The notes under the pieces are model-generated. The model was not told the DNA's origin, did no database searches, and saw nothing but the letters and a program-made list of their open reading frames with translations. From the NCBI GenBank assembly GCA_964247055.1, contig OZ176050.1, forward strand, positions 12,958,001 to 13,022,000: a stretch of 64,000 nt of DNA, read 5' to 3'. Shown in pieces: positions 10,951-22,504 of this stretch. This stretch comes from Paragordius varius (Eukaryota > Animalia > Nematomorpha). A program made the translations under genes and the position numbers. The stretch's first letter is position 1. Every line of letters begins with the position of its first letter.

Positions 10951-13900
10951 TTATTGTGGTTTGGATTCTCTTTCTATGGCTAATTTAGCTAAGTCTTGCA
11001 TTTTTTCTTGTTCCCAATTCTAACACAAAAAATATGTTAAAATAGTAAGTCATATGGCCATATTTATATCTAAACTTTATATACGAGTGCTATTTTAAAT
11101 GAATTAACTATAGACACTAATATTTGATTTTATTTTTTCAGTGGTTGGAAATATATTAGGTGAAATTTATACCATTTAGAGTTCAAATTCACCCTAAAAT
11201 AATTGTGTATAAGTTAAAATTTTTAATATTTAAAAAAATAAAATTCGTTTAAAATTAATATAATGCTGTTAAAATAATAAACTATGCCATTAGAATATCT
11301 ATTTCATAATAATGATGAGTTACATTAGCCAAACAGATAATTTATTTTACGGGTGAATTTGAATTTTTCAAGGGTAAAATTGAAGTGTTAGAGGGTGAAT
11401 TTGAATTTTTCAAGGGTAAAATTGAAGTGTTAGAGGGTGAATTTGAATTGTTCAAGGGTGGATTTGAATAGTAAATGGTATATCATGATTGCGCCAATGA
11501 CTGGATCGTTAAATATAAAAGATTTTGTATTTTTGAACCATCACCCTAAATTTTAGCTTCTTTCACCCATTGCCAATAGTTATATATGGTTTTAAGGTAA
11601 CAGAATTGATGGTTAATTTTACATTTACTTTCTAGGACAAAAAGCTTTTATTTAAAAAATATATAAAATGGGTTAAAGAAAGTATAATTTTTATTGTATT
11701 TTTATTAAAAAAAACTTGTTAGAAGACGGAAAATGCGATACGATTTAGCTAAGAGGGGTAGTATTTAATATTAATTGTAAAACCAAATAAAAATCGGTTT
11801 TTTGGTATTGCTATATAGCAATATTTTAAAGTTCCCCTTTTATTTTCAAACCTATACTAATGACAGACAATTGTTTCATCATATATTTTTAAATTTTTAC
11901 TATAAAGATTGAAAAATATAATTATAATCGTTACTTTTAACGAGTTGACATTGGGAGTTTCCCGTGAGTTTACAACATTGGCCGATAAGAAATCCCTTAA
12001 TTTATCAACACGCTCGATTTCGAATTCTCCTTTTGCATGTGTATTGGAATGCTCCAAAAAGGAAAGCGTTTTCCAACGCAATGTATCAAATTGCGACATT
12101 ATAGATTCCGTCAAATAAGCCGCTTGTTCTTGAAACACAATTTCTTGTTCATTTTGATCTCGAGCGAAATCCTAAAACATTTATCAAAAAAATTAGAAAA
12201 AAAAGTGAATCTGATACATTCTAATAAGGCCAGATATGGAAATTTGCAATTATGCTTTTGGTAGAATGCTTTAAACTAAATATTGTTACAACTAGAAATT
12301 CTAAATTTATCAATTATAGTTTATTTAATAAGTTAAAATCCGTAAGAACGATAAAGGAAAATTAAATGAAATTATAAATAGAAATATAAACGATATGTGA
12401 AACCCTTCGTCAATAGTAATCGTAGACTAGTTTCGTGCTTGTTAGCACTCATCAGTACGACACAACTATTTGACTTGGGGTTTTCACACATCGGTTTCGT
12501 ATATATATCCAACTTTGCAATTTTGGTATAAATGCAGTTGGTTATGCGAATTTAAATTAAATTTATTGGAATTTATGAAAATTAAACTGAAAATTTGAAA
12601 ATAAACTGAAAATTAACCCTAGGGGTGTCTGCGATTACTATTGACGAAGGGTTTCACATATCGTTTATAATTTCTATTTATAATTTCATTTAATTTTCCT
12701 TTATCGTTATCTTACGGATTTTAACAACTGTTATTACAAAACATAACCAATTCGTTATTTACCATTATAGTTTATTTATATTTAACGAAAATCCTTTTAG
12801 TGTATTTATGCAACCGTTTCTTTTACCATAGTAACATGTATCTGCTAAGATAAAAATATTTTTTAATAAAAATATATATTATGAGAAATAATATTTTAAG
12901 GGTATTTTCTAGGTATCTCAACTTATAATATATATAATATAATGCGCTGAACTTAGCCTTATACCTGAACCTTCATATTTAAATATGAATTTTTAACAAT
13001 GCATTTAAATAACTAACTAACTAACCTAGAGCGATTTTAGCATAGAGACTTAATTGTAATGATATGGGCCAAAAATGTCATTTTTCGCCCCTTTAGCGTA
13101 ATATTCAAATTACTCTTATAACCAAAAAATCAAAATGCCACCAAATAGGTTCTTTTCATTTTCCAATATCGCTATAAATTTTACCCAAATAATTGATGAC
13201 TTAAAATTAGATTAACATTAAAACATGGCTTAAAAACAATCAAAAGAGTAGGAGACAGTTTTTGAATGTTCCTTTTTTAAAGGGAGAAGAGTCAAAAAAC
13301 AAAGTTCATGATAGTTTTGCAACTGCTATACGTAAAAGGCCAATAATACATTACACAGTAGTGTATGAAAAAAACAACAATGTAGTGAATAAACAATTAT
13401 TTCCTTGCTTTTTTTTCATATACTCCTTCCTGTGTTGCAAATTGCCCTACTATAGCGTGAAATAAGCAACCATTAGTAAAATGCATAATGTATAATAACC
13501 TTGAGAACTTTATCTAAACTATCTCTGAATATGTAAATGGCTTTGTTTTTCATAGTTTCCCACTCATGATTTATATCAGGTTCCATATCATTTTTAAGAT
13601 ACGTGTCCCAGGAATGGAAAGCCGCTATAAATCTTTGATGCCAATCCTAAATATATAATAATGTAAAATGACGGCCATTACAACACCTCCAATTATTTAA
13701 TTTAAACCAGGGGTGGCTAGCACGCGGCCCTTCAAAATAATTCTGCTGCAACGTCCAAGATTAAATACAAAATTTTCCGAGATCCAAGTAAAATTATTTT
13801 TTTAGACACATTTTCTTGATAAATCTTCCCAATTTTGGCAATGAACTAGCAAAAAATCTTAAAATCAATAGTAGTTTTTGGAGTCTTATGTTAAAATTAA

Positions 13901-15930
13901 ATACAGTAAAAATTGAAATTATGCGGAAAAATCGTAATAATTTAAAGACAAATATTTTTATCCAAAATACAAGCATACTTTTATCAACCTTAATTTTTCC
14001 TCTATAAGCTATTTAGTTACAATTGTAAGAAGTGATTGGTTAGTAATTTATATTTCTATTTCACACTTTGCCATTCAAAATAATGAGTTATATTGAAAAA
14101 AAAAACAAAATATAAAAAGTATGGTTGTATTTTAGAAAAAAATATTTGTCTTTATATTTTTACGTTTTGCCCTTGTATTTCAGTTTTTACTATAAAATAT
14201 TTGTTAATGCCCATATTGCTAATGCAGTCCGCGAAGCCATTTGTTCTGGTCACTCCAGATTTAAACCAAACCCTTTTAATGTATAGTTTTTAAATTAAAT
14301 TATTATTATTTAAAAAAATCCAAAAACTTACTTTGTGCATTAATTATGTTAAAATCTTACCTAGGTTTTAAAACAACATTAACGTTATAATTTATTTATA
14401 TCAAAAAATCTACATAATTTTAGCGACAATGATATAGAGAGAAAGTAATATTTTTAAAAATTTTGAATTTCAAATTTAAATTAATAAATAATATAGTATA
14501 GTTTTTATTACACTTTCAAGCCGTTGTCTTTCTTGGTCCAACTCTTTAATCATACTAAGCTCTCTGGCCCGGCTTTTTTCTTTGTCCAAAATTTCAAATC
14601 GTGCAATTTGCTTCTTAAATTGATTTTTGGTGCGCATTTTCTCATCATTCCAATTTTCATATAATTTATTTTGCAACAGTTTATGCGTCTTGATATATAG
14701 TTGAAGTTTAAAAACTTACAGTAAAATTTTAATTAACAATCGAAAATTAACCATTATATATATTCGAAACCGGAAAAAATCTAAAATATATTAAAAAAGT
14801 TAAAATAGTTTAGGATAAAATATAAAAGCTTTTTTGGAAATTTATCCATATAATATGGTAATTTATTGTTTTGTTTACGAAAAAATAGGGCTAATTAATG
14901 AATTGCAAAACAAAATACAATATACAGTAAAAATTAAAATTATAAGGACAAAACGTAAAAATATAAAGACAAATATTTTTTTCTAAAAGAAAACCCTACT
15001 TTTTCAAACCTAAATTTTTCCAACATAAACTACTTGATTACATTTTCAAATGATATAATTGAGTAAATTAACAATTTACATACCTAATCGCTATTTTGCA
15101 ACCCAAAATAATAAGTGATATTTGAACAAATTAAATTTAAAAAAATATGGTTGTCCTTTAGAAAAAATTATTTGTCTTTATTTTTTACGTTTTTGTCCGT
15201 ATAATTTCAATTTTTACTGTAAAACCTCTTTTGTCAAATTAGTAAGGAATCAAACAATACATAAATACCTCTTCTAATTGTTCATCAAGCTGTTTTGTTC
15301 GCTGATCAAATAATTGCTCCAATAGTTCCCTTTTATGTTTCATGCTTCCATTTATAAGTTTCAACCGCTTTTGACGGAATTGAGTCGCCAACTCTCGTCC
15401 TATTTTGTCAAATTTCTCTGTAAACTCTTCTTCAAACTATATCATATATATAACAAAAAAAAGAGATAATAAACATCAAAAAAGATTTTTTATAACATAT
15501 TTTACAAATTTCCTAATAAGTTCTTAAATTTTATTACGATATACCATATTTCAGTCAAAATTAACTTTTTTTCTAGCAAACGCAAGATTCATTCAGATGT
15601 AATAACAGTTGTAAGATCCGTAGGATATGATAATCGAAAATTAAATAGAAAATTAATTGAGAGATAATTTTTGCTTGTAAAAATATTGCGTTCGCATAAA
15701 AAATGTTGCTTTTGACTGAAAAATGCATTATATATAATCTTAAGTTCAATTTAACAAAACTTTTATGAGCACTTTTAAATTAATTTTCACCGATAAAAAG
15801 AAATAGTTACTTTTTCACGTTGAATATCCCATTCCTTTTCAGCCAAATACTTTTCCATGGCAAATCCATCGGCCCATAATTCATCGACTGTGTCACTGCT
15901 CAGGTCTTCACCAGAAGACATTGAACCCAT
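10951..15930 (-). CDS. Orphan coiled-coil protein, ~305 aa, 6 exons
   Basis: Exons 15930-15811, 15436-15269, 14688-14512, 13646-13500, 12171-11935, 11019-10951; all phase 0 with GT-AG boundaries and an open frame (MGSMSSGEDL...LAIERESKPQ*). E/K/Q/R-rich helical composition; no family recognised; an upstream exon is possible. Confidence 0.75.
11172..11478. mobile_element. MITE family B (TA|CCATTTA...TAAATGG|TA) with GGGTGAATTTGAATTGTTCAA subrepeats
   Basis: TIRs, TA flanks and a variable number of subterminal ~21-bp repeats; other copies at 19020, 24114, 33380, 50902. Confidence 0.85.
12332..12766. mobile_element. Foldback element with ~100-bp inverted arms
   Basis: Arms 12332-~12435 and ~12625-12725 (GTTAAAATCCGTAAG... 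/ ...CTTACGGATTTTAAC). The asymmetric extension to ~12766 is shared with the insertion at 59092-59226. Confidence 0.7.
13904..14192. mobile_element. MITE family D (TA|CAGTAAAAATT...TTTTTACT(G/A)|TA)
   Basis: TIRs with TA flanks; copies at 14925-15219 and 45405-45698. Confidence 0.8.
14925..15219. mobile_element. MITE family D copy (intronic)
   Basis: TA|CAGTAAAAATT ... AATTTTTACTG|TA. Confidence 0.8.
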
Positions 15931-16143
15931 TTCAAGATCTGTAATCCCCAATATATATTGGAAATATAATTTTTTTATTAATTGTCATATATATATTTAG
16001 ACAAAAGTTAATTTTCTTATAAAAAAAATATAAGAGATTTGTAGTAAATGTATAAAGTAAAAATGTAAGTATAACCATGTTAATTTAATTTAACCAATTA
16101 TGCCAGAATTTACAGTCATCCTTTTGCTATGCATTATTTTTAA

Positions 16144-18541
16144 TCAATATATTTATAAAAATGGAAAATGCTGGCTTTGTGATCTGTTTTCGGAAAACCG
16201 GTAAACCCATTCAAATCCAAATATCGAAAAAATAAAATCATTAATAAATGTCCCGACAATAACTTCGCCCTTTTTTTGAAATAGGCCCCCAGTTCGGGTC
16301 CACCCTGTGTAAAAAAAGGGTTATTTTGAAAAGAGAAGTCCACAAAAATCGTGTCTTTGAGACAATTTTCTGGAAAACGTGTTGGACCATTCAAAATATA
16401 TTTTTTTTACTTTTTTTCAATTGCGCCGAACATAGTCAGCTCGTTTTTTTAATTTAGGTCCTCTTTTTACCCGTTACCCCCGTAAAATGCCATTTTTTTA
16501 AATAATTGTCTACAAAAAAAATTTTTTGAATCTATTTTTCGCCCAGGGTATGAAACTGTAAAAACTCATAAGGATTGTAGATATTCCCTGTTAAAAGGCA
16601 AAAATATTAGTCGTGCGTTTTTTATATTGGCTGATGGGTAAGGAATACCCGCTAAAACTGCCCCATCATATCGAAATAGCGTACCTTTAGGGCTATATTT
16701 CAGAAAATCTATAAGGCCATATGAGTTCAATAGTTGCTTAAAATATTACCCGTAAGGCAAAAATTTAGGTCATGCGGTTTTTTAAAGTTAGCCGTTAATC
16801 ATGCCCTTCACACTCTGGAAATTGCCAGCGTAGAATGATTTTTTTGAGGCAATTTTCCAAAAACTAATGAGAATATATGGAATCAATCATGATTCTAGGT
16901 ATTTCCGTAAAAAGGCAAAAATTAATCAAGCGCTTTTTTTTGTATAAGCCTCTGGGTAGGGAGCTACCCGCCTAAAACTGCGCCACCATATCGAAATTGC
17001 GTTGTTAGGAGTTAATTTTCAGAAAACTTATCAGGCCATATAAATTTAATAAGGGCCAGAAATATTGCCCGTAAAAACGCAAAAATTAAATCGCAGTTTT
17101 CTTTTACATTAGCCGTTAAATAGGCCCTTTAGGCCCTGACAAATGCGCTATCATTGAACTATTATTTGGTTTTAAAACCATTCTTCAAAAATTAAGAACA
17201 TATGGAATGAATGATTATTCCAGGATTCCCCTATAAAGGCAAAATTTTTTATGAACGTCTTTTTTATATTGGCCTTTGGGTAGGGGGCTACCCGCCAACA
17301 ACTGCGCCACCATATCGATACACGTGACTTTGGAGGCTTATTTTAGAAATCTTATACGGCGATGTGAGTTCAATAAGGGCTTGAATTACCCTTAAAAAGG
17401 CAAAAATTTAAGTAAAGCTGTTTTATTAAATTACGCCTAGGCCCTTTCCCTGAAAAATGCGCCACCATATAATATTATTTTTGTTTTGAAGCAATTTTTC
17501 GAAAATCCCACGACAGCATATGGAATCAATCATAAGGTATGAATTAAGGCAAAAATTTTAATTTAACGTTTTTTTGTTTCACCCCTGGTTAGATGGCCCG
17601 CGTAAAACTGCGTCACCATATCGATATAGCATTTATTGGAGCCGAATTTCAGAAAAACTATGAGTCTAATAGGAACATTTGGAAGCCATGATATTTCCAG
17701 ATATTTCCCAAAAGGTAATAATTCCCAACGCTATTTTTATATTTGCCCCTGGGTTAAAAGCTACCCGCCAAAACCTGCGCCACTATATAGAAATTACGAT
17801 GTTTTGGGGCTCATTTACAGAAAATTTATGAAGCCATATGATCTCATTAAAAGCTTGAAAATTTACCCGTAACTAGGTAAAAAAGGTCAGGCGTTTTTTT
17901 ATTAGCTGTTAATTTGGGGCCTTTATGCCCTGAAAATACGAGATCATATAACGATAATTTAGTGTTGAGGTTTTCGAATAACCCATTAGACGATGGCATT
18001 AAAGACAATTCCATATATTTGCCCTATAAAAGTTAAAAATTTGGCCGCTTTTTCCATATAGATCTATGGGTAGGTGTCTACAGGTTTAAAACTCAGATGC
18101 CATACAAAAATGGCCTGGTTTTGGGGCTAATTTTCAAAAAACTTAAGAAACCATACGAGTTCAGCTATAATACATTTCTGGGGAATTTGTATAATATCAT
18201 TCTTTCCTTTAAAAAGGGACACAAATGGTTTACTTTTTATATCCCTTGATCCCAGTTGTGAGAACACAATTTCAAAACAATACTTTTAACCATAATTTCA
18301 TAAAACGAAAATCTTAAATAAAATCCAATGATAGTCGGATATTACCTTAAGTTTAAATAGGTCAATTTCGAATAAACAATATTTAAGCCTATGCAAAAAC
18401 CCGTAAAAGAATAATTAAAGACATTCCTTTTATTATATAAGTTTTTTATTTTTTTATCTCCATTACCTCCATTTATTGCAAATTATTAAGAGTAATTATC
18501 GGTGAGACTACGTCACAGCAAAGCGCTACAGGGCCAACTAG
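16144..18541 (+). mobile_element. Non-autonomous Helitron with internal tandem array
   Basis: A|TC 5' end (TCAATATATTTATAAAAATGGAAAATGC); 3' end CTAG|T preceded by a degenerate GTCACAGC-AAA-GCG hairpin; internal ~160-bp repeats; colinear with the inverted copy at 27313-29287. Confidence 0.85.
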
Positions 18542-19019
18542 TTAAAAATCAAAAAACAATGATTTTTAACGGGATTTTTGTTTAAATTTAAAATGCAAAA
18601 ACATCATTTTATTTTAACTATGACCACATCATTAAAAAATATTTTGAAAAATTATACTTTTTAAAACTTTGAAAATAAAAATTTAAAGATTTTGAAATGG
18701 TAGACGCTTTTTAGCGCTAAAACACCCGTTTTTACTTATTTTTTCTTATGGTATAACGGAAAAATTTTTTTCAGAATTGATAGGTAGTGGTTTGAGATGT
18801 TTTAATAAGTTAAAAATAATATTTGTAAAATTAATAATATAATTTAATTATCGATTGAAATTTGGTTGACCAATTATTAAATATTTTTTTTCACAGTTCA
18901 ATTATTGAATAAACAAAGTTACCTTATATGGTATTTTCCCGGATTATTGTTAAACTAAAATACCATTAATATCAATAAACATTTGTGTTAAATTATAACA
19001 ATCAAAACTTTATAATATG

Positions 19020-19324
19020 CCATTTACATTTCCAATTCACCCTTAAACAATTCAAATTCACCCTAAAATAAATTAGGTGTTTTTTAAGATTAAATATTAC
19101 CTTTATTTTTTTTATACTTTTAAAAATGAATTTTTGATTGTAATTAAAATAATACTGAAAAAATAATAAACTAAGCCATAAAGATATATTTCCTATTAAA
19201 AATGAGTTACATTAGCCCGAAAACACATAATTTTTTTAAGATAAATTTGAATTGTTCAAGGGTGAATTTAAATTGTTAGAAGGTGAATTGGAATCGTTCA
19301 AGGGTGAATTTGAATTGTAAATGG
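19020..19324. mobile_element. MITE family B copy
   Basis: CCATTTACA ... TGTAAATGG|TA with the family subrepeats. Confidence 0.8.
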
Positions 19325-19648
19325 TATATATATTATAAAATATTACTGGACATTTTTAAAAAGCTGGATTACCTACCTACCAATTTTTTTATTTTTAGAG
19401 TAAAAATTAAAGTTTAACAGTTAGAATTCTATAGATTTGTGTAATCAAACGCCCAATAAAAAATTTATAAAAAAGTTTTAAAAACATATGGACTTGATGG
19501 TTTTCAAAAGTTTAAATTACTATCATGTTATTCAGTCTATTGTTAAAAAATTATTTATCAGTGTAATAAAAAATTTAAACTAAACAATCATTTATAAAAT
19601 AGTTATATAATTTTAATAAATTTGAATCATTAGTTCTAAAATATTTTA

Positions 19649-21576
19649 ATGATAAACGCTTCTAAATCTGATGTATCGCTCAATGCTATGTATGAAGTCT
19701 TTAAATATTTCGAACGCGAGGTATTATTTCTAAATAAATTTATATAATCAGAAATCACTTAATTTAAGGATTATTAAATAGATTAGATTTTTGGCATTTT
19801 TAATTAAATTCTCTTTTTTATAAAAATGTCAAAAGTCTAAATCCGGAGTGAGTCCTACTGATGTTCCACAAATCATGCAATGCTGTGGAATGGCTTTTTC
19901 TGGCAAAGAATATGCCGATATCTCATCTAAAATTAATATCCCTTCAGGTAAAATAATAATTATTGATATTTTAGTTATATTTTGCGTATCTATTTTTTAT
20001 AAGATTAGTATATTTTGAAAGTTTAATGTATAATAATATGGTACTTATCATTAAAAATATTTTAAATCCCAAAAAATGGTGCTTTTATTATATTACAACA
20101 TAAATTTGAAGCTAATTTCCCGCCAAAAAACATAAAGGGAATTAGCAAAAAATATTTATGATATTGTTTTAAATTTTGCCTCCAATATTGAATTTAAAAT
20201 AAAATTTTAATAAATATTTTTTGCAAATCTAATTTGAAAATAAAATCCGTTATTTATCTATAATTTTTGCAATAGGTAGTAAAGCCATAAGTTTCCAAGA
20301 TTTTATGGATATAGTAAAAATTGCAAAGAGCAGCCAGATGATGGATTGCGATACTTTGTCAGAATTAAACCAATGCCTGAACTGTATGTCACTGTTTGAT
20401 TTGGACAAAACTGGGATATTACATATATATCAATTCGTTAATATATTGGCACAGCTGGGTATTTATTATTTATTTGCTCAATTGTATATATATATAAATC
20501 TATATAGTCTGTGAAATGTTGGGTTAAAAATACGAATTTTACATTTTTGTACAGACAATCCACGACGTTTTATATCAGAAAATTAGGGTGACGTTGCATT
20601 TAAAGTGGTTAAACCTAAACGAACAAATTTATAAAATTTTTTATATCGTTCATGGCTAAGTTTTGGGTATATACACAGAGTTATAAACGATTACTCAAAA
20701 ACATGATCTTATCTCTGCGAAGTGCATCATGATAAGCATAAGCTTTGTTTATAAGCCCAGTGTATTTTAAAAACCAATGGAGAGGTCTTTACTATAATAC
20801 AAATTAATTTATAATACCATGTTAGATTTAACCATAATATAAAATGAGGTAGCAATAAATATATCAATCTATTTTAAGTTTTACACATAACATCTGGAGG
20901 AAAAACAAATTTATCATATAAATTTAGGCCAAAAATCCGCGATCTTGCCATAAAAATTTAAATATTTTATAGTTTTATCATAAAAATTTGGTAAATATAT
21001 AGACAAAATTTATATGACACCGGTTGAATTACATCATCATTAATTGATTCCGCTGTAAACTGTATATATTTAAGACCTGAGATTCTTAAATTTGCCAAGT
21101 TCAGGTTTAAACTTTTTAACCAAAACAAGTTTTAAACTAAAATTTGGCTTTTAAATAATAGATTTTTACATCAACGCACATTATAAAAAATTACTTTTCT
21201 GATCAATATAATTTTAGACCTTTTAAAAATATTAATAATTCCATATTATGCGTTTTTTTAAAAAATGTTTTTATTCAAAAAATAGCACACATCTTGAATT
21301 TTATAAAGCTTAACAGGCCGAAGTAATATAAGTATTTAAATCAAAATACGTTAATTTACGCTGCTGGAAATATAAAATTTTCATTTTTTCTCTTTAGGGG
21401 AAAAATGCACGAGCCAAGAATTGAAAAGCGTTGACGGACATATGAAAAAATTTGTTGATAAAGATAATGATGTGAACTATGAAAATTTTGTACACTCCAT
21501 TATAGAATCTTGCAATCCATTGGCACTCAAGGCTAATACTGAGTCAAAGTCAGAAATTACAATGAATAAAATGTAA
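19649..21576 (+). CDS. Calmodulin / myosin-light-chain-like EF-hand protein, ~181 aa, 4 exons
   Basis: Exons 19649-19720, 19836-19947, 20276-20458, 21398-21576 (phases 0, 1, 1). YEVFKYFE, ISFQDFMDIV, LFDLDKTG, LGEKCTSQELK and VNYENFVHSI match the calmodulin/MLC helix-loop pattern. Confidence 0.8.
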
Positions 21577-21677
21577 TAAATAAAAATTATAATGTCTATA
21601 ATATATTAAAGTAAAGTTTGTGCTTTGGTATATCACAAATATGTATTAGGTATGTATATGTACACGAATGTTGTTTA

Positions 21678-22345
21678 TTATAAGGGATCAGTCATATTTT
21701 CTAACATTTGATAATTTTGAGAATTTGGCCGTCTTCGATTGGTTCCATCTTGTTTTCCTTCCACAATGTAAGCCATACACTAAATATAAAAAATTAACTT
21801 TATTAACACTCTTACTTTATATATACCAATATATATTGGGCTGTTTTACGTTCTATTGCTTTTAATTTGGGGAAAAGAATTAGAAATTGTAGCAAATTAT
21901 ATTTATAAAATATTATTTTATTGATTCAAAACTTGTATGCATAAAATAGAGCCTAAAATTAACGGCTTAAATAATATGAATATTCTTAAATTATTTATAT
22001 AATGCACCTAAAAGGCCATAAAATAATATTTTTTAATTTAGATCATATTAATTTTTAGATTGTTCTGTAAGTAGAATAAAATAAATGACGGTTTACATAA
22101 AGATTGATTATATACCCTTCTAAATATATTCATTCGGCGTTTCCTACCATCATCAGCCTAAAGTAATTAAATACACTAACTTTTGAAGTCCGGCAACAAG
22201 TCCAATACAGAAAAAATAGGATAAAACAACCAATTACCAAGTATAATAGTTTGGACGAAGATCCATATGGACTGTCATAAAATTCTATAAAATATATCCA
22301 GTTAATTACCTTTAATTTTATTAAATTTGTGTTGAAAAAACCCAT
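21678..22345 (-). CDS. Putative ~102-aa single-pass membrane microprotein, 3 exons
   Basis: Exons 22345-22181, 22157-22116, 21779-21678 are all phase 0, using a 23-nt intron (GTTAGT...TTTAG) and a 336-nt intron. Hydrophobic LLYLVIGCFILFFLYW is followed by CCR and a basic tail. No homologue recognised. Confidence 0.45.
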
Positions 22346-22504
22346 CTTTATCAAATAAATTGGCTCTTATATCACTAAAAGAATAAAAATTTGATTTTGA
22401 ATCAAGATTTGTTTCTTCTGTTGCATTTGAAAGCGTCATAAAATTTAACACATATATGTTTATGTTGGTATGGTAATACAGTCGATAATATTTTAAACCA
22501 CGAG

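Noticed and set aside
16140-16394. ORFs at 16140-16394, 17636-17872, 25187-25450, 25478-25798, 27652-27867, 29088-29300
   Set aside because: They fall within non-coding Helitron repeats and show no Rep or helicase motifs.
16560-18100. Regularly spaced repeats suggestive of a CRISPR array
   Set aside because: Units are ~160-bp degenerate tandem repeats without unique spacers, in a eukaryotic context with no cas genes.
20555-20587. Alternative last exon of the EF-hand gene after TTTTTGTACAG
   Set aside because: Gives only ~10 codons before a stop and loses the fourth EF-hand; no supporting evidence.
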